Shown: piece by piece, positions 25,296 to 35,465 of the stretch
Layout of the letters: each line of letters begins with the position of its first letter
How positions within the stretch are numbered: the first letter of the stretch is position 1
Notes under the pieces: model-generated
The model's database searches: none
What the model was told of the DNA's origin: nothing
The model's input: only the letters and a program-made list of their open reading frames with translations
Program-made: the position numbers and the translations under genes
Origin: Candidatus Omnitrophota bacterium
Lineage (GTDB): Bacteria; Omnitrophota; Gorgyraeia; Gygaellales; Profunditerraquicolaceae
Reading direction: 5' to 3'
DNA: 64,000 nucleotides
NCBI GenBank assembly: GCA_016867115.1
Contig: VGKG01000004.1
Coordinates: 6,536 to 70,535 of the forward strand

Positions 25296-26333
25296 TTAGT
25301 CAGGACAATCTATGTTATAAGCTTCTCGCCAGTCCCTGTCCGCATAATATATCTTATAAACAAGCCTCATTGTATCCAGTGCGTCGGTGCTCGTTCCGGA
25401 TTTAATTTTAGTGCCATTGACAATAGCATCCGTAAATTCATTTATTTCATCCCGCCATGAATTATCCTCGACATAAGTCTTGGTATCTTCATCGAATGCG
25501 CCAGTATCCGATTCATCGCGTCTGCCGACTGTGAGTTTTTCCTCGCCATAACTTTTTGAGCCCGACAAAATGCCGCTAAGCTGGATAAAGCCCTCAGTTA
25601 AGCTTATATCCAGGTGAAATCTGTGCTGCCACTGCGTTGCGCTTGAATGCAGGAACGCGATCCGCCCCTTCTTATCCCGCATCAGCGCATATGCATTATC
25701 CTCAACATCGTGATCCCAGTAGCTGTTGGATACATAGCTCTTGACCTCTTCAAACTCGCCACAGAAAAGCCGCATCAGGTCTACCATATGTATTCCCTGG
25801 TCAAGGAGTATTCCGCCTCCGGAATATCTACGCTCTGCCCTCCAGCCGCCTGAAAACGGAATGATCTTGCTTTTGCCGTAAACTCCACTGAGATTTATAA
25901 TTTCGCCTAATTGTCCCGACTTTATGATCTTCAGGGCATCGCGCACAGAATCGTGGTAGCGATGGTTAAAGCCGTACTTTAATAACAGTTTGGGATGCTT
26001 CTTCTCTGTCTCGATTACTTTTTTAATGTCTTCCACATCCCGTCCCGGCGGCTTCTCGCAAAAAACATGCAATCCTCTTTCAAGGCCGGCGATGGTAACC
26101 TCTGCGGCAAGATAATTCGGCAGACTTACAAATAATATGTCCAACGGCTCTTCCAGCAACTTGAGGTAATTGGGGAAAAAACCTACTCCTTCAGGCATAA
26201 TGCCGGATTCCTTAAAATTCTTGTCGCAGACGGCAACGGTTTTCAAGAAGGGATTTAGATCGATAAACTGCCTTCGTCTTTTGCCTACTACGCCATAACC
26301 GGCAATTCCGACTCTTAATAACTTTTTCTTCAC
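25296..26333 (-). CDS. Gfo/Idh/MocA family oxidoreductase
   Basis: LRVGIAGYGVVGKRR N-terminal Rossmann. 345 aa. Confidence 0.8.
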   Translation of the reverse strand: MKKKLLRVGIAGYGVVGKRRRQFIDLNPFLKTVAVCDKNFKESGIMPEGVGFFPNYLKLLEEPLDILFVSLPNYLAAEVTIAGLERGLHVFCEKPPGRDVEDIKKVIETEKKHPKLLLKYGFNHRYHDSVRDALKIIKSGQLGEIINLSGVYGKSKIIPFSGGWRAERRYSGGGILLDQGIHMVDLMRLFCGEFEEVKSYVSNSYWDHDVEDNAYALMRDKKGRIAFLHSSATQWQHRFHLDISLTEGFIQLSGILSGSKSYGEEKLTVGRRDESDTGAFDEDTKTYVEDNSWRDEINEFTDAIVNGTKIKSGTSTDALDTMRLVYKIYYADRDWREAYNIDCPD

Positions 26334-26350
26334 CTTAGGACCCCCCTGAT

Positions 26351-27127
26351 TTATTTCTTGATATACAAAGGCATAAGATCATCGTTTTTCATCAAGCCCC
26401 TGACCCTTTCCAGGTCTTGCGGCGTATCCACTCCCACCGCCTGAGAAGACGTCAAAACCGCCCTTATCTTGTATCCATGTTCAATTGCTCGCAGCATATC
26501 CACGGATTCTACTATCTCAAGCGGCGTTTGAGGCAGCTTTGAAAAAAGGAGTAGAAAGTCTTTACGAAAAGCGATGATCCCCAGTTGCTTGTATCTTTTA
26601 TAAGGCAGCCCGGAAGCCTTGTGTACTGAAGGAATGGGTTCCCGTGAAAAATATATGACGTTATTATCGGTATCGCAGACTGTCTTAACTACATTGCTGC
26701 TATTGAACTCTTCATCGCTATTTATCTCGGAGATCAGATTGGTGCAGGTAATCCCCGGCTCGTTTAGCAGGGGGGCGACTACGGAATCTAGCATCTCGGG
26801 CCTTACCATCGGCTCATCGCCCTGGACATTGATTACGATATCTGCTTCGACTGAAAGAGATGCCTCTATAATCCTGTCTGTGCAGCGCTGATGCGACGGA
26901 GAGGTCATTACCGCCTTACCGCCGCCAGCCTTTACTGCATCGAATATTTCCCGGTCGCAGGTAGCCACAATAACCCCGCTTACAGAACGGGTAAGGGCCA
27001 CCCTCTTTCTGATATGTTCGATCATGGGTAGACCATGTATATCAAAAAGAGGTTTCCCGGGAAACCTGGTTGAACCCATACGTGCCGGTATGATCGCAAT
27101 AACTTTCATCTTATTTTTTGCGGGCAA
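26351..27127 (-). CDS. KdsB-family cytidylyltransferase (CMP-3-deoxy-ulosonate synthetase-like)
   Basis: MKVIAIIPARMGSTRFPGKPLFDIHGLPMIEHIRKRV is the KdsB-type N-terminus (ARxxSTRxPGKPL). 258 aa. Confidence 0.75.
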   Translation of the reverse strand: MPAKNKMKVIAIIPARMGSTRFPGKPLFDIHGLPMIEHIRKRVALTRSVSGVIVATCDREIFDAVKAGGGKAVMTSPSHQRCTDRIIEASLSVEADIVINVQGDEPMVRPEMLDSVVAPLLNEPGITCTNLISEINSDEEFNSSNVVKTVCDTDNNVIYFSREPIPSVHKASGLPYKRYKQLGIIAFRKDFLLLFSKLPQTPLEIVESVDMLRAIEHGYKIRAVLTSSQAVGVDTPQDLERVRGLMKNDDLMPLYIKK

Positions 27128-28094
27128 GGACCCTCATATGTGAACTGAGATTATTCCTCCTGATCCAATCCTGTAATTCATCCTTTGCTTCGCTTTTACC
27201 TTTTCTGGCAAACGTCTCCCAGAATTTCCCTAACTTTATACTATCATTAACTATCGCTCCCTCTACAATATCCCAATCCAGTTGTCCGGGCGTTTCGATC
27301 TTAACCGCCTCAAACCCTTCTCTGGTCAAAAGATGCCTGATTGATCCGGGGTTAAAGAAATTTATATGGCAGGGCGGATAAATCGCCTTTGAATCCTCCC
27401 AGAGGATCCGGATATCAAAACCCTCTCCATTTAAGGTAGTCAGAAAAAGCCAGCCGCCCTTTTTAAGAAGGCGATAGACCGAAGAAAGAAAGACCGAAGG
27501 GTCATATAAATGCTCGAATAGCTCGAATGCCGTCAACAGGTTGAAACTATTATCATAACCTTTAAGCTCTTCTAAAGTGGAGCATTCTGCCTTTAAATCC
27601 AGCTTCCCGCAAAGTTCTGCCTGTTCAAGCGAAGGCTCGATAGCAATATAGCTGCTCTGTCCCCAGAGTTTATGCAGCTCATCAAGAAAAAGGCCAAACC
27701 CTGCGCCGATATCTCCGATCTGCCAGGCCGGATCTTTACCGAAATATTCTGTGATGAACTCCGCCCGGGGCCTGAAGATTTTCTCTCTTCTTGCCTCGGC
27801 AACCGGCATAAAAAACTCTTTTACCCAAAAATCAGTTGAGGCGGACCGACCATAAAACTCTTTTAAACTATCGAATGAGAGCCTGGTCTTTGCATACAGA
27901 GTTGAGCAGTTAAGGCAAGTCACGTATTCAAAACAGCTCTTCTTAAACTCAAGGATATGCTTATCTTCCTGGCAAGCAGGGCACTTTACCTTAACTAATG
28001 CTTTTTTGCTATTCAAGAAGGCCTTGCAGTCTTCCTGGACCAGCTTAAGGTAAAGTTTTAACTTATCTTTATCCCGGATATCCTTCTCTTTCAA
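27111..28094 (-). CDS. Class I SAM-dependent methyltransferase with N-terminal Cys4 zinc-ribbon (putative sugar C/O-methyltransferase)
   Basis: CPACQ…CLNCS ribbon, then IGAGFGLFLDEL motif I and KKGGWLFLTT. Confidence 0.6.
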   Translation of the reverse strand: MKEKDIRDKDKLKLYLKLVQEDCKAFLNSKKALVKVKCPACQEDKHILEFKKSCFEYVTCLNCSTLYAKTRLSFDSLKEFYGRSASTDFWVKEFFMPVAEARREKIFRPRAEFITEYFGKDPAWQIGDIGAGFGLFLDELHKLWGQSSYIAIEPSLEQAELCGKLDLKAECSTLEELKGYDNSFNLLTAFELFEHLYDPSVFLSSVYRLLKKGGWLFLTTLNGEGFDIRILWEDSKAIYPPCHINFFNPGSIRHLLTREGFEAVKIETPGQLDWDIVEGAIVNDSIKLGKFWETFARKGKSEAKDELQDWIRRNNLSSHMRVLARKK

Positions 28095-28098
28095 AAAA

Positions 28099-28881
28099 CT
28101 ATCCTTTCTTATTGACCAAAGCTTTGACCTCGCTCAGTCCGCCCCGGCACATCTCACCGAGAAACATAAAATCAACGCTATAGCCGATGAATCTATAGCC
28201 TGCATTTATCTTCTCTTTCACCAGCTTAGGGTCAGGAGGCACAATATGACAGCCGGCAGTAACCTCCAGATTAGAGGAAATTTTCTGTATCTGCTTCATC
28301 GCCTCGATAAAACTAGGATGTGAAAACTCACCCGGCACCCCCAATGAACCGGAAAGGTCGTAAGGCCCGATAATGAAAGCATCTATCCCCTTAACCGTGA
28401 GTATACTCTTAAGGTTTTCAACCGCTTTAATATGCTCTATTTGGACAATAACCATACTGTTAGCATCAGCCCATTTCCTGTATTCATCGAACTTTGTCCC
28501 GTAACCTTGTGCCCGGTAAAGCCCGACTCCCCTTGTCCCTTTAGGCGGATATTTTACGGCATTAACCGCCTTTTCAGCGTCTTCCCTTGTGTTTACCATG
28601 GGCACAATAACGCCATGTGCACCCAAATCCATCACCCTTTTTATAAGATTCGGGTTATTTTCTCCTACGCGCACTAAAGGGACGACTCCGCATAACTCGA
28701 TTACTTGTATAAGACTTTGCGCTTCGGAAAGGGTTATTGCCGAATGCTCCATATCAACGGTCAGCCAGTCAAAACCCGCTCTCGCCATGATCTCAGCAAC
28801 GGCAGGATGACCCAGCGTGACCCACGAACCGAAAGTTAACTTTTTATTTTTTATCTTTTCTTTTAAACTAGTTGCTGCCAT
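28099..28881 (-). CDS. HpcH/HpaI-family (class II, pyruvate-dependent) aldolase / citrate-lyase-beta-like
   Basis: AVAEIMARAGFDWLTVDMEHS…VRVGENNPNLIKRVMDLGAHGVIVPMV pattern. 260 aa. Confidence 0.75.
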   Translation of the reverse strand: MAATSLKEKIKNKKLTFGSWVTLGHPAVAEIMARAGFDWLTVDMEHSAITLSEAQSLIQVIELCGVVPLVRVGENNPNLIKRVMDLGAHGVIVPMVNTREDAEKAVNAVKYPPKGTRGVGLYRAQGYGTKFDEYRKWADANSMVIVQIEHIKAVENLKSILTVKGIDAFIIGPYDLSGSLGVPGEFSHPSFIEAMKQIQKISSNLEVTAGCHIVPPDPKLVKEKINAGYRFIGYSVDFMFLGEMCRGGLSEVKALVNKKG

Positions 28882-29698
28882 GCTTATAACCCTCCTTCGT
28901 TTCCTTAACTGCCAAGAAGTTTGTAAACCCTCTTTCTTTGTTTATATAAAGACGGAACCCGCAGCGATTAAACAAATCCACATAGTCATTAATGCGGTAG
29001 AAATGGTCTCCCGATTCATTATCCGCAGAGAAAAGTTGATTGAATTTCGGGAAGATCTCGTATACAACGCGCTTCTTAAGCTTCCTTACGGGTAAAATAA
29101 CCTTTATCGTGTTCTTTATATACTCTTTAATAAAATCAGTTGAGTTTACCGGTGATTCTCCGATGATCAGCACTACTCCGGAAGGCTTCAGCACTCTTCT
29201 GATCTCGCCAAGCAGCCTCACCGGATCATCGGCATGGTGGAATGCCTGTGACATAAAACAGAAGTCAAGCGACTGATCAGGCAATTTTATATCATAGAAA
29301 CTGCCGATCACCCGGGTTATCTTATTGCCGCAGCCATTAAATAAATCTATCACCAGGGGAGCGATTTTTAATAAGCGGTGCTTTGATATCTCGGTAGCAT
29401 AGATCTTCTCTATATCATCTACCCTGGATAGCAAAGCAGTTGTCCAACATACTCCTGCAGCCAGATCCGCACCTACTCCCTTAAGCGGTATTCCCATTTT
29501 CCTGGAAAAATCTAAAATCGACTCGTATTCGGCATAATATGTAGTTTTTTTCTTCAAATACCGGAGTATTTTTTCAGTATTACCATCAAGGATATACCAA
29601 TCTTTATTCTTCTCTTCCTCCTCGTTGCTCCAGTACCGGCCCGAATAAATAGTCTCAATCTCTTTATCGGTTAACCAGGATTGTATAGCGGTTTCCAT
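28868..29698 (-). CDS. Putative SAM-dependent methyltransferase
   Basis: KGVGADLAAGVCW (motif I-like) and VLKPSGVVLIIGE. Weaker than the other methyltransferases. Confidence 0.5.
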   Translation of the reverse strand: METAIQSWLTDKEIETIYSGRYWSNEEEEKNKDWYILDGNTEKILRYLKKKTTYYAEYESILDFSRKMGIPLKGVGADLAAGVCWTTALLSRVDDIEKIYATEISKHRLLKIAPLVIDLFNGCGNKITRVIGSFYDIKLPDQSLDFCFMSQAFHHADDPVRLLGEIRRVLKPSGVVLIIGESPVNSTDFIKEYIKNTIKVILPVRKLKKRVVYEIFPKFNQLFSADNESGDHFYRINDYVDLFNRCGFRLYINKERGFTNFLAVKETKEGYKHGSN

Positions 29699-29716
29699 AC
29701 TAGTTTCCCGTCTCTC

Positions 29717-30379
29717 CTATGGTAAATTCCGTATTATTTTAGCCGGTACCCCGCCTGCCAGGACATTGGCGGGTATATCTTTTGTTACCACGCTTCCGGC
29801 TGCGATCACGCTATTGTCTCCAATAGTGACCCCTTTAAGGACCATGCAACGGTTTCCTATCCAAACATTTTTGCCTATAATCACATCTGAATCATTTTCA
29901 ATAGCAGGATTGCTTATTCTATTTTCAGGAGGCCATAGCGGATGACCGTCTAAATCCATTATCAATACATTCGGAGCGATAACCGTTCCCTTCCCGACTA
30001 AAATCGTCTTTGATCTTGCAATAATCGAGGTGCCGTTTAAGCCTACATTATCTTCAATGATTATCCTGGCTGTCTTTGTAAGCGTCTTAAGCTTTGTTGG
30101 CGCAAAAATTGAGCCTGTACTGCTCCTTAATGACGATGATACATTCTGTAGATTACTGCCGATTGTTATCTGGCTCTTGGGAGCGCGCATTAGGTGTATT
30201 GGCCCGTAACTTACCGCCCCCTGGCCGAGCTTTATCCCAAAGATAAAAGATTTCACCCCTAGCATAAACGTACCCGTAAACCCGGAGTATGCCTTCTGGA
30301 CAAGGATGTATGTGTAACTGAAAAAGTCTGCCGGGCTGCTTAATAGTTCCGTTATCTTCTTTATCTTAGGATTGATCAT
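29717..30379 (-). CDS. Hexapeptide-repeat (left-handed beta-helix) acetyltransferase, PglD/NeuD/WbbJ-like
   Basis: [50 protein letters not shown]. Confidence 0.75.
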   Translation of the reverse strand: MINPKIKKITELLSSPADFFSYTYILVQKAYSGFTGTFMLGVKSFIFGIKLGQGAVSYGPIHLMRAPKSQITIGSNLQNVSSSLRSSTGSIFAPTKLKTLTKTARIIIEDNVGLNGTSIIARSKTILVGKGTVIAPNVLIMDLDGHPLWPPENRISNPAIENDSDVIIGKNVWIGNRCMVLKGVTIGDNSVIAAGSVVTKDIPANVLAGGVPAKIIRNLP

Positions 30380-31911
30380 GCGTTATCTTTTATCAGAATA
30401 TCTGCGGTTCGTATGGAAAGATCCTCTCTTTTTATCCCGAATAAAACCGGAAAAAGATACACTGTGAAAAAAACCGTTACCGTATACAGTGCCCCTGATA
30501 GTATAAAACTGACTATGATATATCTGCCGATATTTAAAAAAGTATCTACAAAAAAGGCAATAAGAAAACTTATCGTCAATAAACATATAACGCTGATTAT
30601 CTGATGCGCCGCATATTTCCAAAATGGAAGGTCCAGAAGTTTTGCATTGAAAAATAACATGACATTAACCGCGATAAACTGTAAGATCACCATTTTAATA
30701 GCTAGCCCTGTTGCCCCCATATTTAAGCCCATATTAGCCCGGGGCGCGATCAGGAAGAAGGTCACAGGTAGGCCGATAAGCATAAAAAGTACGCCTATAT
30801 TGCGGTAAAGAGCGGTCTTTCCCGAGGCATAGAAAACCGAACCGCTTAACTGGCCGTAGGTCTGATGAATAGGATAGAATGCCATGATAGCTAAAGCAGC
30901 AGTACCGCCTCTGAACTTATCCCCTCCGAATATATAAATAACCTTACCTGCCTGAACGGCAATAAAGCAGCAGAAATATGCCGCCACTGAATAAAGCAAA
31001 GGTATATAGCGCCTGAAAAGCCTTGCCATTTCGACAAGATCCAGCTTTCCGTACGCGATGGAAAACTCTCTCATGAGCAGCGGCGTCATTGAGCTCGTAA
31101 AAAGAAAACATAGCGCCCCTATTTGGTAGGACAGACCGAAAAAACCCTGCTGGATACTTCCGCCGAAATATTGCAGGAGCCACCTGTCCAGTATTCCGGC
31201 TATTAATCCGACTGATGCATAGACAAAGAGCGGGTGGCTATAAGTATAAAATTCCTTTAAATATGCTTTGAACTGAGTAGCTGATAATTTATATTTTTCC
31301 AGGATCAAATGCCCTTTATCCTTCATGATCCAGATAAACAAAAAGCCTAATAAGAGGAACATCAGATAGTGATAATAGAAAAAACCTGCCAGGTTCAGAT
31401 TGCCGGAGATAAAAAGCAGGATTATGAGCACCAGCCCCAAAGCCCTTTGCAGCATCCGGGCAAGCTCCGCGGAAACGGTCACGCCATAAGCGTCAGCCAT
31501 CTTGTTCAATACCTGGGTGATCCAGGAAAGGATCCCCCATATGGCAGCCATATAAACGTAAAGCAGCGCCTGACCCGGCCATAACTGCCTGTAACTACGG
31601 GTTAACTGGACAAGGAGAACAAAGCCAACGACTGCCAGGGAGGCAGCGATGGTAAAATACATGTAGAAATAGACCAGCCCCCTGTCTTTCTGCCTGTGCG
31701 AAAGCTTCGTGTAAAAACCTACGGAAGTACCCATATCCAGGAATGCGGTAACCTCAGTAAAAAATCCGGAAAGGAAATTAAAGTCCCCGTAGGATTTCGG
31801 ACCAAGCCCCCTCGGTATTATTGTCTGGGTAACCATATTAATGACAAGTCCAACTAAGTTTGTGGAAAGTTTATAAAAATATCTTTTTTTAAGAGAGTCT
31901 TTTGACATCAT
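30376..31911 (-). CDS. Oligosaccharide flippase (Wzx / polysaccharide biosynthesis protein, MOP superfamily)
   Basis: About 510 aa, 12-14 TM helices and a Wzx-like topology. Start chosen at the internal MMSK, giving a 4-nt overlap. The track ORF extends to 31947. Confidence 0.7.
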   Translation of the reverse strand: MMSKDSLKKRYFYKLSTNLVGLVINMVTQTIIPRGLGPKSYGDFNFLSGFFTEVTAFLDMGTSVGFYTKLSHRQKDRGLVYFYMYFTIAASLAVVGFVLLVQLTRSYRQLWPGQALLYVYMAAIWGILSWITQVLNKMADAYGVTVSAELARMLQRALGLVLIILLFISGNLNLAGFFYYHYLMFLLLGFLFIWIMKDKGHLILEKYKLSATQFKAYLKEFYTYSHPLFVYASVGLIAGILDRWLLQYFGGSIQQGFFGLSYQIGALCFLFTSSMTPLLMREFSIAYGKLDLVEMARLFRRYIPLLYSVAAYFCCFIAVQAGKVIYIFGGDKFRGGTAALAIMAFYPIHQTYGQLSGSVFYASGKTALYRNIGVLFMLIGLPVTFFLIAPRANMGLNMGATGLAIKMVILQFIAVNVMLFFNAKLLDLPFWKYAAHQIISVICLLTISFLIAFFVDTFLNIGRYIIVSFILSGALYTVTVFFTVYLFPVLFGIKREDLSIRTADILIKDNA

Positions 31912-33656
31912 GCTCCGCCTAAAAGCGTCTCCAGAGCCTTTGTCCATTCATTCAACCAGTTCTCGCTAGTCAGGGCAAATCTCTGGCAGAATTTATTTCT
32001 GGCATCCTGTATCCCAGGCTGTTTCCACCATCCCGCAGAATCATGCCATATCTCATTTACCTTTTTCGCTGCGCTTTCAGGACTTCTATGCAGGATACCC
32101 GCCTTCCTTAACAATTCAAAATAATCCTCTGCTTCAGGACGCATTAAATAGACATCGTGGTCCCAGTAAAAGACAGAAGGGACATTTATGACCAGCGCCT
32201 CTAAAAACGAGGTATGCGCATGGTCAGCTACGACAAGTTTTGCCTTTTTCATCCATTCGACCAGTCTGCCTCCGGTGACTACGGTAAGGTCCGGATGTCC
32301 CTCTTTTATCGTAGGCACAACATTCCAGCCGCCTTCGATATTGGGACGAAAAAGCGTTTCTTTGACTATCTCTTTCCTTAACGAACGGAAAAATGATTTC
32401 ATATTACCCAGATATCCAAACATATCCTCAGGCTGCATGCAGGCTTCAAATCTATACTGATATTTAGGCAGGCTGGTGCTCACAAAAAGGAGGTTCTCTA
32501 ACGAGCAGGAATGCTTATCTCTTACCTTTGACAGATACGGGACAGGGAGTGGCTTGGCCCTGCCTTCCTTATCTTTCCATCCCCAGGTAAAAAAGGCGTC
32601 TTTCTCCAGGCATAATTTCTCATGCGGGATAGAGAAGCTGACCCCGTATCCTCCGCCGTGCTGAAAATCCAGCAGTTTTGCTCCGTTAACAGCTGACTCC
32701 GCCGCAAAGAACTTGAACCTTTCATTGAAATACCAGTCGCCCGCAGAGCCCACGGCTTTGACCTTCCGGCTATTCTTTACGCTGCCATGGTAGGAATCAT
32801 AATCTTCCACATAGCACATGGGAATGGCGTACGGCAATACCTTATAAAGCAGCTCCCGGAAACGGTCTGAGCCGCCTTCCAGAGTCAACTTCTCTCTGGC
32901 CCCGGGCGAAAAGTTATCGTACGATTCTGAGTTCCCGGCATTGAAATCTTTAAAGCCTACCTTCCTGATCCCCGTTCTCCATTTCAGCTGCATTGAATCA
33001 ACCGGCTGTAGCTGAGACATCCCGCTAAAGATGACCTGCGGCTGAAAGATATCCGAAGAATTCAGGAAAAACCTGAATATCTTCCTTTTAATAGTCTCGT
33101 TCTTGGATCTAGAAACCGCATTCTCCTTATACTCGATGACGGCGGTATTTTCCGGAAAAATAGCATGCGCGATAAGGCTGAAGAGTTTGAGGTTATAATA
33201 ATCGTCGTTTATTTTGCCGTTAAGCAACAACGTATCGTATGTATCAATACTGGCCAGGCTGCACTGTCCGTATGGCAACGCATGGGTATACACGTCTGGG
33301 AAAAGATCGAAAGCGTGTTCCAACCTTCTGTAGCGGTCATAAAAGATCCCAATAAAATGCATCAACCAGTACCCCAGAAGGACCTCCCAGTAGCGCAAGG
33401 GGTATGAGGCACCATGCAAAACATTCAGCTTATCAGACACCCTGGGCAATAGCTCTGCATAAATAACCTGGCAGTAATCCGCGGCCTCCTTTATCTTGGT
33501 CGCAGGCTTGAACGGAGAGGGGATCATCTCGTAGGAGCGGGCTTCAAGTAATTTAATATTATCTTTGCCTGCCAGGCACCAGGGACCGAGAAGAAAAAGC
33601 TTACCGTCCAGATCCCAGATACTTGAAATCCCTGTAGTCGCCAGATATTTATTCAT
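31908..33656 (-). CDS. Uncharacterised large glycan-locus protein (possible transferase, LIC12162/TagF-like C-terminus)
   Basis: 582 aa. No clear family, but the C-terminal segment KAKLVVADHAHTSFLEALVINVPSVFYWDHDVY resembles a GT-B C-domain. Confidence 0.5.
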   Translation of the reverse strand: MNKYLATTGISSIWDLDGKLFLLGPWCLAGKDNIKLLEARSYEMIPSPFKPATKIKEAADYCQVIYAELLPRVSDKLNVLHGASYPLRYWEVLLGYWLMHFIGIFYDRYRRLEHAFDLFPDVYTHALPYGQCSLASIDTYDTLLLNGKINDDYYNLKLFSLIAHAIFPENTAVIEYKENAVSRSKNETIKRKIFRFFLNSSDIFQPQVIFSGMSQLQPVDSMQLKWRTGIRKVGFKDFNAGNSESYDNFSPGAREKLTLEGGSDRFRELLYKVLPYAIPMCYVEDYDSYHGSVKNSRKVKAVGSAGDWYFNERFKFFAAESAVNGAKLLDFQHGGGYGVSFSIPHEKLCLEKDAFFTWGWKDKEGRAKPLPVPYLSKVRDKHSCSLENLLFVSTSLPKYQYRFEACMQPEDMFGYLGNMKSFFRSLRKEIVKETLFRPNIEGGWNVVPTIKEGHPDLTVVTGGRLVEWMKKAKLVVADHAHTSFLEALVINVPSVFYWDHDVYLMRPEAEDYFELLRKAGILHRSPESAAKKVNEIWHDSAGWWKQPGIQDARNKFCQRFALTSENWLNEWTKALETLLGGA

Positions 33657-35462
33657 TTATTTTCTCTCAATCAGATAACCGTCAATAAGTAAAGCGTTCA
33701 GGTCCCCTCTTTCAAATACTCCGAACGCATCCTGCGGGGTCTGGACAATCGGCTCTCCGTGGATATTAAAAGAGGTGTTCAGCACGCCGCCAATGCCGGT
33801 GTGCTTGTGAAATGCGCTGATCAGAGCGTGGTATGCCGGATTCATCTCTCTGGATACTACCTGCGGCCTGACAGTAAGGTCATACTGGTGGAGCCCTGCT
33901 TTAAGGTCCTTCCATGCCGCTTTCTTGGTCTGGAAAGCGATAGTCATGTAAGGGGCGCTTATGGATTTAGGATTTACCAGGTACTTATCCGCCTCTTCTT
34001 CGAGAATCGAGGGCGCAAAGGGCATCCAGAAATCGCGGCATTTTATTTTTTCATTGATGACCTTGATCACTTCGGGATTCCGGGGATCTGCGATTATTGA
34101 ACGGTTGCCGAGGGCCCTTGCCCCGAACTCGCTCCTTGCCACGCACCTCCCGATAATGACCCCCTTTTCCAGCAGTTCTGCGATATATCCGGGATCGGGA
34201 TCTTTTTTAACAGAATATTTCCCGGCTCTTGAGGCCTTCACCACATCTTTAATCTGGCGCTCTGTCGCCTGCGGGCCAAGGTAGGCGTTCTTAATAGGCT
34301 TTAAGACCTTCCGCGGGTCTTTTCTCTTGCGGATGCAGATATCATGCATCGCCACATACGCCGAACCTATGGCTAGGGATTCATCCGAAGGCGTGGGGCA
34401 GATAAAGAGTCCCTTTAGCGAAGGCAGCTTCACGATATCCATTACCGCCTTGATATTCATCGCCACCCCTCCGCCGAAACAGAGCCTTTTAGCACCTGTC
34501 TCTTTCAGGGCGTTATCCGTCCAATCCGCCAGTATATCTTCGGTATATTTCTGGATAGCTCCGGCAATATTATCGAAACGGCTTCCTTCAAACTTATTCT
34601 TAAAATAAAAATACAGATCCGAGGGTTTCTCCTTATAGTCAAACCCCAGGCCATTGACAAACATAGTATTACTGAATACCCCCAGTTCCTTCTGGAAGTA
34701 TCCGGGTTTAGCGTAAGCTGCCAGGCCCATCACTTTATATTCGTGCTCATCCGGCTTCATGCCCAGAAGCAGGGTTATATACCGATAGAGCCTGCCGATG
34801 ATGAAATTCTGGGAACTGGAAAGAAGCCTTATGCCTTTATCGTCCGCGACACTTACGGAGGCGTTCATATCATCTCCCCAGGCATCCGCAGTCAGGATGA
34901 GCGTCTTCTCCTTCTTCATGGGGCTGGCGTAATAAGCGTAATAGCCGTGCGCGCGATGATGGTGGATAAAGATCACTTTTTCTCTGGCGATGCCCAGGTG
35001 CCTGCTGATGCAATCGCGGCGGAAATCCATAAAGAAGGCATTTGTCTTTGCGGAATCTCCGCTATAAAGGAAATCTATCGCCTCATTCCACTGCTTCCCG
35101 GGAAATTGCGCGGTATCAACGTGCTCCTTAAACAGGTCAAGAAAAGGTATTTCTTTGCCCTCGAATAACCTGGGATACCAATAATCGTGCTGCTCTTTGA
35201 GCCTGTCCCTTACTGACATCTTCGACCACTTATGGCAGAGTATGCCCGTAGGATCGAATCTCTCTCCCGAAACAGCGACAAGGCCAAGGTCAGAAGCTCT
35301 TACATTACCTATTTTAAGCACTGCCTCGATCGCATGAAGCGGGAAGGACTCGTCATTCTTAAAGCGGGAGAAACGCTCTTCGCTTACGCAGGCAACGACA
35401 TCCCCTGCGATCATCAGCGCTGCCGTAGAATTCGTACCCCAGTGGATAGAGAGGATCTTCAT
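33657..35462 (-). CDS. Carbamoyltransferase, NodU/CmcH/TobZ family
   Basis: 601 aa. MKILSIHWGTNSTAALMIAGDVVACVSEERFSRFKNDESFP is the N-terminal Kae1/YgjD-like carbamoyltransferase signature. The C-terminal YrdC-like part is also present. Confidence 0.85.
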   Translation of the reverse strand: MKILSIHWGTNSTAALMIAGDVVACVSEERFSRFKNDESFPLHAIEAVLKIGNVRASDLGLVAVSGERFDPTGILCHKWSKMSVRDRLKEQHDYWYPRLFEGKEIPFLDLFKEHVDTAQFPGKQWNEAIDFLYSGDSAKTNAFFMDFRRDCISRHLGIAREKVIFIHHHRAHGYYAYYASPMKKEKTLILTADAWGDDMNASVSVADDKGIRLLSSSQNFIIGRLYRYITLLLGMKPDEHEYKVMGLAAYAKPGYFQKELGVFSNTMFVNGLGFDYKEKPSDLYFYFKNKFEGSRFDNIAGAIQKYTEDILADWTDNALKETGAKRLCFGGGVAMNIKAVMDIVKLPSLKGLFICPTPSDESLAIGSAYVAMHDICIRKRKDPRKVLKPIKNAYLGPQATERQIKDVVKASRAGKYSVKKDPDPGYIAELLEKGVIIGRCVARSEFGARALGNRSIIADPRNPEVIKVINEKIKCRDFWMPFAPSILEEEADKYLVNPKSISAPYMTIAFQTKKAAWKDLKAGLHQYDLTVRPQVVSREMNPAYHALISAFHKHTGIGGVLNTSFNIHGEPIVQTPQDAFGVFERGDLNALLIDGYLIERK

Positions 35463-35465
35463 GGA

